Below are positions 61,633 through 64,000 of a stretch of DNA of 64,000 nt, piece after piece; within the stretch, counting starts at the first letter, position 1, and the number at the start of each line of letters is the position of its first letter. The notes under the pieces are model-generated. The model was not told where the DNA came from, did no database searches, and was given only the letters and a program-made list of their open reading frames with translations. Source of the DNA: Spirochaetia bacterium (GTDB taxonomy: Bacteria; Spirochaetota; Spirochaetia; SZUA-6; Bin103); contig CBDAOI010000003.1 of NCBI GenBank assembly GCA_965198005.1, positions 864,001 to 928,000 of the forward strand, given 5' to 3'. The translations under genes were made by a program, and so were the position numbers.

Positions 61633-63417
61633 ATGAGTAATATGGTGAAAAAAAGCGTGGCGATCCTGATTGGACTCGCCCTGACCGCAACCGGCCTTTG
61701 GGCGGGTGGCACAGAAGAGGAGCCGGCAGCCGCGGCTGACAAGAAGTATGTGACCGACCCCTCCACCGGCAAGGTGGTGACCGCGCCGGAGTATGGCGGG
61801 ACAGTGACCTTCGCCCAAAAAGAAGAGCCGCCGGGTACTGACTTGGTGGTCTCTGGTTCGGCGGGAGGCGTCGATGGCGTTTTAGAGAAGTTGGCCTGGG
61901 GGGACTGGGCAACGCCCAGGGTCAAATGGAACTTCCAGTTTCTCAACGTACCAGCTAACACGAAAGGGCAGTTGGCGGAAAGCTGGTCGCAGCCCGACTC
62001 ACTGACGTATATCGTCAAAGTCCGCCAGGGCGTTCGCTGGCATGATAAGCCGCCGATGAACGGTCGGGAACTGACTGCCCAAGATATCGAGTACAACTTT
62101 CACCGTATCTTGGGACTTGGCAGCGGTTTCACCGAACGTAGCGAATTTGCTACTAGCTGGCGCGATGTGCAAGTGGAATCGGTAACGGCCACCGACAAAT
62201 GGACGGTTGTTTTCAAGCTGAAGGAGCCACACCTCTTTGCGCTGGTTGCTATGCTCGACGGCAACATGGCTCGGATATACCCCCCCGAGGTAATCAAGGA
62301 ACATGGGGACGTTACGGATTGGAGGAACCTGGTCGGCACCGGGCCCTATATGCTGACTGACTGGACCGAGGGCAGCTCTATCACCTGGGACAAGAATCCT
62401 GACTACTGGGGCGCCGACGAAAAATACCCGGAGAACCGCTTGCCCTATATTGACCGGTTAAGGGCCCTGACTATGCGGGAACCGGCAACACAGCTGGCGG
62501 CACTGCGCACGGGTCGGGTTGATTACCTAGGTCGGAACGGCCAAGCCGCAATGAGGAGTCTCGACCAGGTAGAGAGCCTCCAGCGGACCAACCCTGAAAT
62601 CGTGATATCGTCGTTTTCCGTCGGGAGTGGGGGGACTATGTTTGGCATGAACGTTCAGATAGAGCCCTTCGACGACATCAGGGTGCGCAAGGCAATGCAG
62701 ATGGCAATAAACCTCGAAGAAATTAGCAATGCATACTATAAGGGTAATGCAGATGCAATACCTCAGGGGCTGCTAAACCGTATGTTTACAGAGGTTGCCA
62801 CCCAATTTGAAGATTGGCCCGAAGATGTCAAGAAGGTCTTTGACTACGACCCGGAAGGCGCCGAAGCGCTGCTTGATGAGGCCGGGTATCCTCGCGGCGC
62901 GGACGGCATTAGATTTAAGACCGAGTTGATGCATTTCGTCCGGTACGATTTGAACTATGATGAATTAGTCGCCTCATACTGGAATAAGATTGGCGTTGAT
63001 GTAGAGATTGATGTACAGGAAGCAGCTACATATGGCCCTAGAAGAAATGAGAGGGATTTCGAAATGATCAACGCGGAGGGGGCCAGTATTTGGTACCCAT
63101 TGCCAGTAATGTTTCGCTATGTGCCGGCCGCACCTTGGAATACCTCCAATGTCAACGACCCGGTTTATACAGCCAAGTTTGAAGCCGGCGGAGCCGCTAC
63201 CACCCTCGAGGAGCAAAACAGGATAGCCGGAGAGTTGAATCAGTATGGGATAGAGAAGTTCTGGACGATTTGGGGTCCTGGGGCCCCACTGTATGTGGCG
63301 ATCCAGCCGTGGATCCAAGGGTTTAACAATGAAGGGGCGTTGGGAAACGGTCAATATACCGCCATCTTCGCCCGCCTCTGGATTGATAGTGAGCTGAAGG
63401 AAGCTATGGGTCACTAG
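61633..63417 (+). CDS. ABC transporter substrate-binding protein, family 5, paralog 3
   Basis: Same motif set as paralogs 1 and 2. Confidence 0.92.
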   Translation: MSNMVKKSVAILIGLALTATGLWAGGTEEEPAAAADKKYVTDPSTGKVVTAPEYGGTVTFAQKEEPPGTDLVVSGSAGGVDGVLEKLAWGDWATPRVKWNFQFLNVPANTKGQLAESWSQPDSLTYIVKVRQGVRWHDKPPMNGRELTAQDIEYNFHRILGLGSGFTERSEFATSWRDVQVESVTATDKWTVVFKLKEPHLFALVAMLDGNMARIYPPEVIKEHGDVTDWRNLVGTGPYMLTDWTEGSSITWDKNPDYWGADEKYPENRLPYIDRLRALTMREPATQLAALRTGRVDYLGRNGQAAMRSLDQVESLQRTNPEIVISSFSVGSGGTMFGMNVQIEPFDDIRVRKAMQMAINLEEISNAYYKGNADAIPQGLLNRMFTEVATQFEDWPEDVKKVFDYDPEGAEALLDEAGYPRGADGIRFKTELMHFVRYDLNYDELVASYWNKIGVDVEIDVQEAATYGPRRNERDFEMINAEGASIWYPLPVMFRYVPAAPWNTSNVNDPVYTAKFEAGGAATTLEEQNRIAGELNQYGIEKFWTIWGPGAPLYVAIQPWIQGFNNEGALGNGQYTAIFARLWIDSELKEAMGH

Positions 63418-63533
63418 GGAGTGCACCCCTACTGACCTCAGGGAAAAGGGGGCCGGGAGGCGCGCGCTTCCGAGCGCGTTTCGCTTGCGAGCGCGCTTCC
63501 CGGCTCCCTTACTCATTGCATGATGGGTGTGAC

Positions 63534-64000
63534 ATGAGAGCCTATATCATCAGGCGGTTATTGCTCATCATCCCCACGCTGTTCATTTTGACGATCCTGG
63601 TCTTTCTCTCGGTGCGCTTCATCCCCGGCGATATCATAGACGTAATGCAAATTAGGATGGCATCCCAAACAATGGCGGTGCTTGACCGTGCAGCCGTTGA
63701 GCGCCGGCTGGGATTAGACGTGCCCGTCCACGTGCAGTATGTACGCTGGATAGGAGGCATTTTTCTGCGCGGTACCCTTGGTGAATCACTGATGGGCCGT
63801 GGGGCGGTGGAGGAGAAGATAATAGATAGACTGCCGGTAACCATTGAGCTTGGTTTGATGGCAATCCTCATCGGCCTGGTGATCGCGCTGCCGGTGGGCA
63901 TCTACTCGGCGATTCGCCAGGATACCGCCGCCGACTTCCTGGGGCGCTCGGTCGCCATCATCGGCCTGGCAACGCCGAACTTCTGGCTGGGAATAATGGT
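63534..64000 (+). CDS. DppB-like permease (runs off the window end)
   Basis: ATGAGAGCCTATATCATCAGGCGG = 'MRAYIIRRLL'; paralogous to 33866. Confidence 0.9.
   Translation, partial: MRAYIIRRLLLIIPTLFILTILVFLSVRFIPGDIIDVMQIRMASQTMAVLDRAAVERRLGLDVPVHVQYVRWIGGIFLRGTLGESLMGRGAVEEKIIDRLPVTIELGLMAILIGLVIALPVGIYSAIRQDTAADFLGRSVAIIGLATPNFWLGIM

Noticed and set aside
22845-63417. Diversity-generating retroelement acting on the SBPs
   Set aside because: No intact RT and no TR/VR pair with adenine-specific differences.

Overview
GC-rich bacterial DNA, probably from a spirochaete (Borrelia P13-like porin and spirochaete-style 'LWAAGAEEEPAAA' solute-binding-protein leaders; host-associated lifestyle is inference only). 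The first ~12.4 kb is largely intact: purine catabolism (puuE, allantoicase), a TraB/GumN protein, a DrrAB-type exporter, and an F420 module (cofE, npdG, HxlR regulator) divergent from an NMT1/THI5-type ABC importer linked to an LLM-class F420 oxidoreductase. The remainder is heavily eroded accessory DNA. It holds three paralogous Dpp/Opp-type SBP-permease loci plus many shards of them, five intact toxin-antitoxin pairs, many truncated or chimeric genes, an IS4, and two copies of an ISNCY-like IS. It also holds a truncated group II intron, an ORF-less group II intron-like RNA with a non-canonical catalytic domain, and a five-layer nest of mobile elements (IS91 < RIT1 < IS21 < TGT...ACA DDE/AAA transposon < RIT2). 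The most interesting signals are the ORF-less intron-like RNA, a candidate deazaflavin (Fo/F420) import-and-salvage locus, the RIT element sitting exactly in a transposase catalytic Asp codon, and the mosaic, co-regulated SBP paralog family. No rRNA, tRNA or CRISPR array was seen. All family assignments are from motif recognition by eye, not database searches.
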